A stretch of 64,000 nucleotides of DNA from Octopus sinensis (GCF_006345805.1 NC_043016.1:7564001-7628000); one strand, 5' to 3'; numbered from the stretch's first letter, positions 28,246 to 41,622 are shown. Numbers and translations are program-made. The notes: a model not told the origin generated them from the sequence alone.

Positions 28246-28617
28246 TCTCTCTCTATATATAAACGGCAAAATGTCTGTCTGTGTGTGTGTATCCTTTATA
28301 CAAATCCTCAATTTTTCAGTTAGAGGGCTCGCACTCCCTATGGTCATTCAAAACCATCCAAAGATGGTGGTGCACATCTTTACATTTCCCCAGTCACCCC
28401 GCAAAGCCATTAAAACATCAATAGAAGTGACTTTTTTGTGAATTTTCTATCCAACACCCGATCAAAATGCCTGAAACTTGATACGCCAATTGAATGTCAG
28501 CTAGCTGTATGTGATTGGTTGGAGATTTGGAAAGTACTTGCGTGTATGTACACACGCGCGCAGCTGTATATGCATGCACTAGCACTATGACCCGGTGTTT
28601 CCAGGTCATAGTGCTAG
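28246..28617 (+). mobile_element. Non-autonomous Helitron-like element
   Basis: 5' TC(tctctatatataaacggc), 3' CTAG with subterminal hairpin (ctagcactatgacc...ggtcatagtgctag), inserted between A and T. Confidence 0.7.
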
Positions 28618-29214
28618 TTTTATATAAAATGATTTGTTATAACTTTTTGGTTTGTTATAGACAACATATCAACCTGAAAATAATGATCTGTTATAGTTTG
28701 TAGTCATGTCCAACCCATTGAGAATGGAAAATCTGAAATAGAGGGACAACAAAAATCAGCCTGGAGCAGATAGTAAAATACCCAGGTATGCCTGCTGCAT
28801 AAAGAAACAAATGTATAAAAATACAATAAGTAGGTGCTAACATATTAATTAATGATGTAAATCAAGAAATTTTAAATTAAAATTGCAGCCCTGTGATGAG
28901 AATTTTAAAAAATCCTTTTCTTTAATGGTTAATTCTGGTTCCGAAAGACAGAAGAGACAACCATTCCTGACCAAACTTAATCAAAATAACAATTGTTCTC
29001 ATCATTAAGGATGTAATTTTAATTAATTAAAATTTATTGGCTTACTATTTTAAGTGTATTGGCAGCGATTTTACTAATTAAAAAGAAAAAAGTGTTAACA
29101 GTTTATTTCTTAAAAGTTATAGAAGTGACACATTGTCTATCCATACAAAATTGTTAGCTGGTGTGTTTGATGCTTGCTAAACAGAATAGTTGTTGAAGTA
29201 GATTGTCAAATGAC

Positions 29215-29250
<36 letters not shown>

Positions 29251-30289
29251 TGCGAGTGAAATGATGTGCTGATTATCACACATCTCTAGCACTTTCATTC
29301 TAGTTCTAATCCAAGTGTGTGGGATAGAATATATTTTCAAATAAAAGAAAATTAATATTTAACATCATTTTAATAGATGACCAATGTTGTATAATTAATA
29401 AAACTGTCGTCGTTTTTGATAGCATATTTACAGTAGTGTGTATATAATTTGCAATGAGATTAATGCTGTTGTTTAACCCCAGGTCCAACTTGGTTGAGTA
29501 TACCTAGAAATAATAGGTTTGGGCTGTAAATAGTTTGCTTCTCACCAACAAGGTCTTGGGTTCAGTTCCACTTCATGGCACCTTGAACAAGTATCTACTA
29601 TAGCCCCAGGCTGACAAGCCTTATGAGTGGATATTATAGATGGAAAAATGAAAGAAACCTGTTGTGTGTGTGTGTGCGTGCGTGTCAATGTCGCCTTTCT
29701 TGGTTTCGTGTGATAGCAGTATCGATGTCATCCAAGCATTGACCTTTGTTTCCAATCTTCTGTGAGAACATGTCTGGCTATGGGTAAATATTACCTTTCT
29801 TGGAAACGGGTAAGGTTGGTAACAGGACAGGCTTGCAGCCATAGAGAATCTGTCTCAACAAAAATTCCATCCTTCCCATGCAATCATGGAAAACTAACCA
29901 TAAACCAACAACAACAATGATGATGATGATGAATTCCATGCTGTAGCAAGGCTTTTGGTGGTGGTGGTGGTGGTGGAGTGTCTTTTATTCACTACATCAG
30001 TTTTGGTTTTCATAGTATGCCTGCTTTACTGAAGGCAAATACTGGGTTTGTTGATATTGACTAACTGCTTCCATTCAAAATTACTGACTTTATGCATAAA
30101 TTAGAGGCTATTTTCTGAGTTCAAATCCTACCATGATCAATTTTGCTTTTCATTCTTTTTTGTGGAGTGGGGTCAATAAAATAAAGTACACATCTATTGG
30201 GATTGATAATATTGACTGACCCTCCCCCTAAAAATTACTGGCTTAGCCTAAATTTGAAACTAATATTATTATTATTCATGTCATTGCAT

Positions 30290-30406
30290 GGAATCGAACT
30301 CAGAATCTTGGGGTTAGTAGCCCATGCTCTTAACCACTACGCCATATGCCCATGGGCATAGTGGTTAAGAGCGTGGGCTACTAACCCCAAGATTCAGTTC
30401 GATTCC
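30290..30406. repeat. Head-to-head palindrome of tRNA-derived SINE 5' ends
   Basis: Left arm on the minus strand has A-box TGGCGTAGTGG and B-box GAGTTCGATTCC; the right arm is its mirror, lacking 7 nt of the A box; centre TATGCCCATGGGCATA. Confidence 0.8.
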
Positions 30407-31126
30407 AGGCAGTGCCCCGAATAATAATAATAACAACATAAAAAAATACTGGGCAAAATGCTTACCCACATTTCACCTGTCTTTATATTCTGAGTTCAAA
30501 TCTTGCTAAGGTTGACTTTGGTACTTATTTTATCAATCCCACCCCAAAAGAATGAAATGCAGTCAAGCACTGGGGTGGGTGTAATCAACTTACTACCCCT
30601 TCCCCGAAATTGTTGGCCTTAGGGCAAAACTTGAAAGCATTATTATTATCATTACTACTACTACTACTGATGATGATGATTTTATCATTAGTAGCATTTT
30701 AATTTTTTCTAATTTAAAACCTAAAAAACAAACAATAATTAGTGATATTTTTCAGAAATGTTAACTCTTTTAAGTCTAAATTAACAATGTAGACTAATTA
30801 GTTTAATTAAGGAGAAACATGATTTATATTTCAAAAGGCTGTCATCTGAAGAAAGCTGCATCTTTTCTCATAAATTCGGTTTTCTTTCTTTCATCTTTTT
30901 TTTTTTTATGTATTTGTCATTTATTTATTGGAATAAATTTCAATAGTGAACGGTTTCAGTATAATGCAAAATCTTTGCATGTTCTGATTTATTATTCAAA
31001 TATTTTAGTTTTTTTTAGTTTTGTCTTGCTGGATTTTTAAAAAATTACTTTTATTTTTCTAATACATTACTTTCTTTTTAAGCAGTTGCACATATCTATG
31101 TATGTGAATATATACACGTGTGTGCA

Positions 31127-31249
31127 TCTCTCTCTCTCTCTCCTCTCTTTTTCTCTCTCTTCCTCTCTCTTTCTCTCTCTTCCTCTCTCTCTATCTCTGT
31201 CTCCCTTTCTCACTCTCTCTCTTTCTTTCTTTCTTTCTCTCTCTTTCTT

Positions 31250-31313
<64 letters not shown>

Positions 31314-31334
31314 TCTCTTTCTTTTTCTCTCTCT

Positions 31335-31382
<48 letters not shown>

Positions 31383-31390
31383 TCTCTCAC
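31127..31390. repeat. (CT)n/(CTTT)n microsatellite
   Basis: Direct reading. Confidence 0.95.
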
Positions 31391-31645
31391 TATCCCCCTC
31401 CCTCCCACTAAGTGGCACATATCTTGTGCATAAGCAGTTTGAAGTAGAATTGTCTGTTGCACACACTCACAAGCCCTATAATCAGAATTGGACACTGTCA
31501 GATCCCATTGCAAAGCAAAGGAGACCTAGGATGAAAGGACAGTGGGAATTATAACCACATCAAGTTGACCCAGTACATATTCCTGGTAACTTGGTCATCT
31601 TATTGGTTGACTGTGATCTGCGACTGAGCCAAATTCTATTTGGAC

Positions 31646-31760
31646 CTATTTCCTATATAACTGGGTGAACTTGTTTGCAGGCTGTGATTTGAGGTTGACC
31701 AGTTCTGTCAGCTTGTTCTGCAGCAGCTCTGGTTTAGGAGATGCCACTGATGACATCATA
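31646..31760 (-). CDS. Candidate terminal coding exon (MMSSVASPKPELLQNKLTELVNLKSQPANKFTQLYRK*)
   Basis: Strong minus acceptor tttttcttgtctctattcttacaag, GC-richer codons than flanks, phase 2 open to TAG at 31646-31648. A + strand reading (GCDLRL...DDIIL|gtaaga) is also open, so the strand is not certain. Confidence 0.35.
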
Positions 31761-32361
31761 CTTGTAAGAATAGAGACAAGAAAAATTTATCATGTCTCAG
31801 AGATTGTTTAACCAGTTGAATTATTCAGTCAGTAACATAAATGCATGAATGGCATCATTTTTAGACAATTTTCTTGAGCTACTTTGATTTTCTTTTTCTA
31901 GTAAATATCTTTCAGGATAATTTGAAATTGTTCTTTCTAGAAGCCTATTTCTGGTGTTTTATATTGTTCAAGAGTGTTAGGATAGTTAACCATCTTTCAC
32001 TTGCAGCACACTTCAGGTAAAAGAAAATATGTGCTCATGTGTGTGAGTGTATTTTGAAAAAATTAGGATGTATAAACAAGGGGTACATAGTCGATTGCCT
32101 CGTGTTTATATATTTAATCTAAGGCATACCTGTTGAAAACGATTTCACCTCACGAGTAAAAGTTATTTATTTGTTAAATTAAAATCAGAAACCAATTGGT
32201 CCAGGAAATTAGATGTTTTTGTTTTTTCATTTCGTTCCTGTCAAATTTTATCCCTAATTTTGTGGTTATAGAACCTAGCTGTTCTTTCTAGCATGCTGAA
32301 TCCCACGAGTGGATTGCATATGTGTTTTTATGTGTATATATTTATATATATATATATATAT

Positions 32362-32483
32362 ATAAAATATTATTCGAGACAAAACCACTATTTTGCAAAA
32401 CAAACAAGGAAAGACTTAATTAATACATAAAATTTTAATAAATAGTCAAAAAAACCGTGGTTTTGTCTCGAATAATATTTTAT
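32362..32483. repeat. Inverted repeat (27-bp arms) in a TA-flanked element
   Basis: ataaaatattattcgagacaaaaccac ... gtggttttgtctcgaataatattttat. Confidence 0.8.
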
Positions 32484-32558
32484 AATATTTTAATATAAAA
32501 TCGATTTAATCCTAAATCTGATTTTTTCCCTGTAAATTTGGATTTATTCCCTAATATT

Positions 32559-32606
<48 letters not shown>

Positions 32607-34040
32607 TCACACATGCACAGAAGTGTGTATATAAACATGCATGCAGTCACACGTCTCAAGTAAAAAAAAGTGTTTTGAAATATGTATTAATATATTTTAG
32701 CATATAAATAATCACCACACAGATTTTGTTTTGTCTTTTTTTATATATAGGATTTTATTCCTATTGAGCACCTAGCTACAATCTTGCAACACACTTTTTG
32801 ATAATCCATTTTCCAAGTGTGCTCAAGTGGCAGTGACAGCCTATTAGATTCAACACCTTTCAAAATTTCTCTATATTCTTCACCACTGATTATTAAAACT
32901 GAAATGAGTGGAGGAATAGGATTATAGCTGTCTCTTAACTGCAATCGAATGAAGAAAATCTAACTTGTTGTCTGAAACATCAATTTCTTTTATTTTCTTA
33001 AGACATTCGTATATATGGGCTGATGGTAATTTGGCTACTATTTTCAGCAATTTCTGTAGGATATCTCTTTTAGTTTTTTGAATAACTGTTATTAGCAGTA
33101 ATTACCAGCATGGTAGCAAGGATTGTGATGAGGTGGTCATGTTGGTATTGAGTAGTACTGATGTTAACAGTTTGTTTTTAGACTATGTCTATCTTCATCA
33201 ATTTATACTTATGCTCAAGAGTATTCCAACCATGGCCATCCTTTTTTTTTTTTTTTAGAAGTGTGTAGGACAACATTACCTAATGTACTTACCTGATTAG
33301 TCTGTCACATTAAATTTATTGACAGTTTTCACTTAAACATGCATTATCTCATAACTTTTGACATTTTGCCTGATGCGAGTGTATTTTTTAGAATGATATT
33401 AAAGGTGGGTGTGAGAAGCTGGATCTGGCTAGTTTGAATGTAGAACAGGAAGAAAATTTTGGCCAGACACAACCACTTTAAATGGTGAAGGGTTAACACA
33501 CTCTGGAGTGATTTGAAGTTTTTGGTACTATTTCTAGCAGATAAAGCAACTGTGCAGAGGCTGTCTCAGTGGCTCATTTTTCATAGCAGTGGTGTTATGG
33601 AGGTGATGAGCACAAGTTTTATTTAGGTGGTGTAGCAGTAATAGTGGTGGTAAACGAGCAAACAAAATAATCTCAATTGCCAAGAAAAATTTATTAAAAA
33701 AAAAAGAGTATTAAACAACAACTAAAAACTCAACTCAAAGCAAAAATAAGACAAAAATGGAAATGGTAAATGCTATTGGTTCATTGACTGTAATATTATA
33801 TATCATGATATCATGGTATTTAGACTAGTCTAGCATACTGAAATAACTTGATTATTTAAGCATTGAATTCTTTGAGATGAAGGAAGACAGCGAAAAAAAA
33901 ATCAATTCAGTTCTTTTTAGCTTTCTTTTTAGATTTATTTATAAACGTTTTTGTTTGCTCCGTTCTTTGTTTTGTTTTTTTTTCTTTCTTCTGAATTACA
34001 TCCCTGCTTTTAGGTGAATTTATTTAAATACTTGTGTTTT

Positions 34041-34072
<32 letters not shown>

Positions 34073-34149
34073 CACACACAAACACACACATCATAATACA
34101 CTCACTTTTTCATGCTTGTATAGATTAAGTTTTTTTTTTTCTTCTCCTA

Positions 34150-34440
34150 GCACAACATCTCAACATTTGTTGTGGTCTTTAGCTATCATAGTGAGGTTCA
34201 ACTTTGTGAGATCAGCTTTCACCTCTTCTTCCGCTTGGATTATTTGGTACTTCTTTACCCAGTCATCACATTTCATATACATCACATGTTCATAACAACA
34301 TAGTCTTCTAATTTGTGTACTACATCACATTCTTCTTATACCCAGGCTTTTACCACTGTCTCATTTTCTTCTGTCATTTATCACACCTCCAGACATGATT
34401 GTTTTGTTTCTCTCCAGTCTTTACACGTCCTCTATGCTTA
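34150..34440 (-). pseudogene. Decayed RTE-like LINE 3' fragment
   Basis: EHVMYMKCDDWVKKYQ...EEVKADLTKLNLT aligns by eye to the 17529-17696 peptide. Confidence 0.55.
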
Positions 34441-35161
34441 GTGCCCGTTTTTTGTTACCATGGCTGTGAGGTAAGTAGCTTGCTTACCAACCACATGGTT
34501 CCGGGTTCAGTCCCACTAGGCAAGTGTCTTCTATTATAGCCCGGGCCAACCAAAGCCTTGTGAGTGGATTTGGTAGACAGAAACTGAAAGAAGCCTGTCG
34601 TGTATATATATATATATATATGTGTATGTATGTATGTGTGTGTGTATATATTTGTGTGTCTGTGTCTGTCCCCCCAATATTGCTTGACAACTGATGCTGG
34701 TGTGTTTACGTCCCCGTAACTTAGCTGTTCGGCAAAAGAGACCGATAGAATAAGTACTAGGCTTACAATGTATAAGTCCTGGGGTCGATGTGCTTGACTA
34801 AAGGCAGTGCTCCAGCATGGCCACAGTCAGATGACTGAAACAAGTAAAAGAGTATGCATTTTATACACAAACATCACACAATCTTTCCTTTTCTCAGAGC
34901 AAAAAAAAAAATGCATCTGTTGCCAGTTGGGCTAACAGTTATTCTTTTATTTGTTTGTTTCAGTCATTTGACTGTGGCCATGCTGGAGCAACACCTTTAG
35001 TCAAACAAATCGACCCCAGGACTTATTCTTTGTAAACCTAGTACTTATTCTATTGGTCTCTTTTGCCGAACTGTTAAGTTGCAGGGACATACACGCCAAC
35101 ACTGGTTGTTAAACGATGGTGGGCGGACAAACACAAACATACACACGCATGCACACGCATA

Positions 35162-35196
<35 letters not shown>

Positions 35197-36544
35197 CAGG
35201 CTTCTTTCAGTTTCCATCTACCAAATGCACTCACAAGGCTTTGGTCGGCCTAAGTCTATAGTAGAAAACACTTGCCCAAGGTGCCATGCAATGGGAATGA
35301 ACCTGGGAACATGTGGTTGATAAGCAAGCTACTTACCAAACAGCCACTCTTGTGCCTAAGATGACAAAGAAAACTCTTTAACACATCTTTAATGATTTGT
35401 TACAGTTTTTTTCTGTACCAACACTATTTGCAATGACAGTTTACACAAAAATTTGAAATGAAAATTTATGCAATGTTTGCGATTTTAAACATTAGAGAGG
35501 CACTTCATCAGACTTGCATTAAAGGTGTGTTGTCACATTGTGCATCTTCCAGACCTTATTTTTTGGCTTGTGTGTGTTTGTGTGTGTGTGGTAAGAAGCT
35601 TGTTTCCCAACCACATGGTTCTAGGTTCAGTCCCACTGCATGGCACCTTGGGAAAGCATCAGCATCGTCTATTATAGCCCTGAGTTGACCAAAGCCTTGT
35701 GAGTAGATATTGTAGACAGAAACTGAAAGAAGCCTGTTGTATGTATATATATATATATATAGATATAGATATATGTTTGTTCCCCCTCTATCGCTAGACA
35801 ACAGATGGTCGTGTGTTTATGTCCCTGTAACTTAGTGGTTCGGCAAGAGAGATCAATAGAAAAAGTATTATGCTTACAAAAAAATAAGTTTCTTTAACTT
35901 AAAAATACCCTTTAAGGTGGTGCTCCAGCATGGCCACAGTAAAATAACTGAAATATCTAAAAGAAGAAAATAATACACACGCACACACATAACATAGCAG
36001 CTTATAATGTAAAAATATATTTGATGTTTATAACAGGCTTACAGGCTTAAAGCATCAAATTTCACTATAAAACTGAAATATCATTGATATATTTAATCAG
36101 TTGTTTCTCGGTGCTAAGCAAGTCACGTGATCATTTCACATCCACATAAAGAAGCAAGCCAATAGTTTTCTTGTAGAACACATTGCAACAATATAATTTT
36201 CATAGCTTCATGAAAAATATTTTGAGAGGTGTGGGTATAATATCATCTTTTTTTTAATATATTATCCTGTCACAAATATGTGATGTTTTAATATATTCTC
36301 TCATAGAAAAATGATAAATACGACATGCCACATGATGTTGAACTTCCAATGAATTTTGTACAATAAACAAAGTAGGAAAAAATTGTAGCAATCAGTACAA
36401 GGTTTTTGTTGCTTTTGGTTTTTCTTTTTTCTTTTTTTTTTCCATTTATTCCTAATATTTCATGTAAAAATATATAATATTAAGATTTAGCAGTAATGTT
36501 TTTTGTTTTGTTTATTTAACTGATAATAAAAGCATATAAGAAGC

Positions 36545-36873
36545 TTAAAGTGGTTCGGTCATCCGGCCCGGCGTCCAGAGGGTGAGCTGATTTGCGATGT
36601 CCTCCTCCCACCTCCACTTCCCAGCTGGCACAAATGCACGGGCAGGCAGCTGAAGACCTGGGCAACGACGGTAAAAGAGGACTTCTCCAAACTCTCAGGT
36701 CCGCAGGTGGTCAGTCTGCGCAGATGGAACCACGAATGGCTCACTATCTCCAGTGACCTCGCACAGGACCATCAAGCGTGGGCCGCCATGGTTCATGATG
36801 CCATTAGGACCAGAGAAGAAGCCAGCTCAACCTGCCCTGGGTGAACGCTGTCACAAGTACAAGTGCAAGTAAA
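36545..36873 (+). mobile_element. RTE-clade LINE 3' fragment
   Basis: WFGHPARRPEGELICDVL...RQLKTWATTVKED...LAQDHQAWAAMVHDA, ending in a caagta-like tail. Confidence 0.8.
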
Positions 36874-38395
36874 TAAAAGCATGAATTTTAAGAGCAAAAC
36901 ATAATGATTTTCATGTCTCTCCCAAAATGGTATTCATGCCTTTCTTCAAGCCATTAGCAAGACATAAGAATTGGTTCCAGTTTGGTTTAAGGCAGTGGAT
37001 TGACAGAATCTTAAGTGCAGATTAATATACACTTAATCCTACCACTAAGGCAAACTTTTCTTTTCCCTCTTCCTAAGACAGTGAGAGAAAGAACCTGTCA
37101 AATTCTTGGGTTGATTCCTGTAATGCATCCAAGATGTGAATAGAATTATAACAGAAAGAAGACAGCTTCCAAAATCACGACACTCATTTCAATAATCAGA
37201 ATGGTTTATTTTTGGCTACAGAACTACACAATAGAATCAAATTTTGCCAATTGAATTGATCTCAGTACATTGCGAGTATTTCTTATATTGATCTTCTGAA
37301 GAATGGAAACTAAAATGAAACCATGGAGTTATATCATCATCATTTAACATCCATATTCCATGGGTATTATCTATTCCATGCTGGCATGGGTTGGATGGTC
37401 TAACAGAATCTGTCAACCCTGAAGATTGTGTTGAGCTTCGGCATCATCTTTGGCATGGTTTTCATAGTTAGATGGCTTTCCTGATGCCAACTATTTTACG
37501 CAGTCTAGTGGGTGCTTTTTTCGTGCCACTTGCATTACTGGAGTCCCCTCTTAATTCAAGTCTCCTGGCTAACATTACTGTCAGTGGGTTTGGGAGTTTC
37601 CTATAGGGAATTGTGTCAATAGGGTAAGTGGCTGAAATTTCACATTCCATCAGCTAAAAGATCATTGTTTGAAATTTATTACAAATGCACACGTTTGGGT
37701 GTGTGTGTATGTGTGTGTTTTCTGGACAACAGAAATTGTTAGTTGTAGACGGCTGTCATTCATTAGCTAGCATGACAGGACAAATAGGGATAAAAAGAAA
37801 TAAGCATGACATCCTTATTGGGAAACTTATTTGTAAAGGTGTATCATCCATTCCAGGAGTTATTTATATACCATATGCTTAACATTGCAAAAAGCTGGAG
37901 AGGGGACCCTGCATGCACTACACTAATCCTTTGAATTTGTGATTCATAAAATTGAGAATCTACTCTTCATAATCTATTTCTTTACTACCCACAAGGGGCT
38001 AAACACAGAGGGGACAAACAAAGACAGACAGACGGATTAAGCCAATTATATCGACCTCAGTGTGTAACTGGTACTTAATTTATCGACCCCTAAAGGATGA
38101 AAGGCACAGGAGTGGCTGTGTGGTAAGTAGCTTGTTTACCAACCACATGGTTCCGGGTTCAGTCCCACTGTGTGGCACCTTGGGCAGGTGTCTTCTACTA
38201 TAGCCTTGGGCCAACCAGAGCCTTGTGAGTGGATTTGGTAGATGGAAACTGAAAGAAGCCCGTCGTGTTTATGTATATATATATATGTATGTGTGTGTGT
38301 GTTTGTCCCCCTAGCATTGCTTGACAACCGATGCTGGTGTGTTTATGTCCCCGTCACTTAGCGGTTCGGCAAAAGAGACCGATAGAATAAATACT

Positions 38396-38746
38396 GGAAC
38401 CTACACTCGCCTCCTTATGAGAGCTCAAAATCTCTCGTGGAAATGCCATCCAACCAAAATGCAAATATATGGGAAACTACCACCTGTGTCATCTCTTGTG
38501 AAAGGTAGAAGAGTCCAGTTTGCTGGACATTGTTGTAGAGCTGAAAAAGAGGTAATTTCTACTCTTCTCCTCTAGAAGCCATCTACTCGCAATACCAGAG
38601 GGCGCACACTCTCCTACCCTGATGTAATCTCCAGGTATACAGGCATCCAGCAACAGGACCTCCGTAATGCCATGATGGACCGTGAAGTCTGGCGTAGCAT
38701 GGTAAATTCCATTGTCTCGACCACGGTCAAACAATGATGATGATGA
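38396..38746 (+). mobile_element. LINE ORF2 3' fragment inserted into a SINE (SINE 38108-38835)
   Basis: YTRLLMRAQNLSWK.HPTK.QIYGKLPPVS...QFAGHC...MMDREVWR, (GAT)n tail; the SINE resumes at aaagaataagtc. Confidence 0.8.
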
Positions 38747-41084
38747 TAAAGAATAAGTCTCGGGGTCGAGTCGCTCAATTAAAGGTGGTGCACCAGCATG
38801 GCCGCAGTCAAAATGACTGAAACAAGTAAAAAGAGAATAAGGGAAAAGAGAAAGTCAATCTCGGCAGCATTTGAACTCAGAACATAACAGCAGATGAAAT
38901 ACTGCTAAGCATTTCGCCAGACGTGCTAACGTTTCTGCCAGCTCGCCACCCTATAATCTGTGACTTGGAGAATGAAGAAAATGATAGTTTGAGGCTATAA
39001 AGATATAAAAAACAAAAATGAGTATAGAGGCCTTTACATGGTCAGTCAACCTTTTAGAAATAACACCCAAATTTCACTTTCATCACAGCCTAGAATCTTA
39101 TCAGAAAGGGAAGACTACATTGTACAATGTAGTCTTAGATATATCATATCTGAGAAACATGCACGATGACCACAGCTGAAACACCTTTGACTATAGGTCT
39201 TGTAAAACAAGGTTGTCTTGGGGACTAAACCACAACTTAAAATTAAAGCTAATCAAGAGACCCTCTACATCAATCATGAGCAAAGTGGTGCTTGCAGGAC
39301 TTCTGAATGGCATACCTGATGAAAAATACCTTGGGTATTTTTAGTGGTGCAGCCTACTTGATGATGAGCCATGTCTCTGCTTCTCAAAGTAAGTTGCCCG
39401 TGCCTGCTCTACATGACTGCCAAATTTCGCTTAAATAACACCTTAATCTAGGGTATTTAATTCCTTGGATAAAAAAAAAATAGACTGAATGGTCTTGGCT
39501 GGTATGCCTTTGATCATTGATTGAATCAGGTCTGAGTGGAGCTAAAGAATAACAAAAATTTTAAAGGAACAAAAAGAAATTCTAATTTCTAATATCTTAA
39601 ACTATTCTAATATTTTGCTATTTTCTAAATATAAAATATTATTATTAAAAGCTTGAAAACTGATGGAATCATTTGTTACCATTTCTTCCTCTTCTACTAA
39701 CCACATCATTCATTTCTGAAGCTGACAGAATACTGAAGAGCATTAGCAAAAGCTAAAATCCCAAATCAAAATACCATTAACAAATGTCAAATATGTCCAA
39801 AATATTTTTATTATACTTTAGAATAATTTAAGCCTGCTTATAGAATAATGTTCATGTTTACTTTTTCTGTAATATTTATGTTCTTATATCTATATTCATA
39901 TATCATCATCATCGTTTAACGTCCGTTGTCCATGCTAGCACAGGTTGGACGGTTCAACCGGGGTCTGGGAAGCTGGTAGGCTGCACCAGGCTCCAGTGTG
40001 ATCTGGCAGTGTTTCTACAGCTGGATGCCCTCTCTAACGCCAACCACTCCGTGAGTGTAGTGTGTGCCTTTTACATGCCACCGTGAGTGTAGTGGGTACT
40101 TTTTACAAGCCAGGTGCCAGAGGAGGCTGGCAACGGCCACGATTGTTTGGTGCTTTTTACGTGCCACCAGCACAGAAGCCAGTCAAGGCAGCACTGGCAT
40201 CAGCCATGTTCGGATGGTGCTTTTTGCATGCCACCGACACAGGTATCACAACTACAATTTCCATTTGATATTTATTTTGATGTTGATGTACTTGACTCAG
40301 TAAGGTCTCCTCAAGCACACCAGGTCAGACCTATATGTAGTACTACATATAATGCATACACATCTGTATGACTACATAAATTTGTTTAAAGCCATTTTTC
40401 TATGATAGCATAAGTCAGACCAATATTTATTTGAGGCAATTTATATATGCTTCGATACTCTTTCTGTCTATAAATCTTCCCTGTTTTACAAGTAAAGGAG
40501 TTTTTATTCCACGACTTCAGGAATGCAGAATGTAAACACACTAGGAATGTAAACACACCCAATTTCCCAGCATACAAGTCACATGTAGCATATAGTGTAA
40601 ACATGCAGTGTGAACATCCAAATCCTGTTGCATTTCACCTGAAATATCTGGCCTTTCAATGTTGTCTTGGTATATAAGGCGGCGAGCTGGCAGAAACGTT
40701 AGCATGCCGGGCGAAATGCTTAGCGGTATTTCGTCTGCGTTACGTTGTGAGTTCAAATTCCGCCGAGGTCGACTTTGCCTTTCATCCTTTCGAGGTCAAT
40801 TACGCACTGGGGTCAATGTAATTGACTTAATACCTATGTCTGTCCTTGTTTGTCCCTTCTGTTTAGCCCCTTGTGGGTAATAAAGAAATAGGAATATAAG
40901 CTGAACCACTTTTTTGGTTGTAAATTTTGATCTGAAAAAGAAAAAAAAAAAGGAAAAAATTCAACTTATATACCTGAAAATATAGTAACGCCTTTTCTTC
41001 TTTCACACAAAAACTGAAATGACAATTTTTGCACTCACAAACATTCAGGCTTCTGTGAGGCTTTTATCTATCAATTTCACTTAC

Positions 41085-41099
41085 AAGCCATTGCTTGGT
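41085..41099 (-). CDS. Candidate 15-nt microexon ACCAAGCAATGGCTT
   Basis: Minus strand ctgaccaaatgtctttcatttcag| exon |gtaagtg: consensus splice sites, branch-like ctgac, open in all three phases. Confidence 0.35.
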
Positions 41100-41371
41100 C
41101 TGAAATGAAAGACATTTGGTCAGATGACATACAGTAGGACTGAACCAAAGACCATGTAATTGCAAAGCAAAATTTTTCAACTATGCACTCATACCTGTAT
41201 CTACCTGTATATTTATTTCTATAAGGTGGTACATTGATAAAATTATTAGAGCACTGGATAAAATACCTTGTGGTATTCTGCTCCCTTGAACACAATTCAT
41301 ATTTTGCTAAATTCAACTTTGTCTCTCTTTTTAATTTGATAGAGTACCAGTTAGTACTAAAGTGAGTGATG

Positions 41372-41421
<50 letters not shown>

Positions 41422-41622
41422 TATAAATGGATGAATGAATTATCCTTTGTTTACCGTTAACATGGAAAATTCAATAAACAGTTACCAGGGTAGCAAAATT
41501 CACGCAAGTAACACGGATGTAGTGATCTATTCAAAGGTAGAAACTGCAGGTTAATGTGCAGTAATTTGTGTAGTTTAAGTAAATAAATGGAGTTGAACGC
41601 AGGTGTTATTCAAATTCTTTTA

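Noticed and set aside
30345-30420. Genuine tRNA gene
   Set aside because: A and B boxes are present, but I see no proper acceptor-stem closure and the sequence runs into a SINE body.
31067-31554. RE-rich and SL-rich ORFs
   Set aside because: (CT)n/(GA)n microsatellite.
34160-34255. Exon-like segment with a strong + acceptor and two open frames
   Set aside because: The minus strand matches the RTE LINE C-terminal peptide; the acceptor is incidental.
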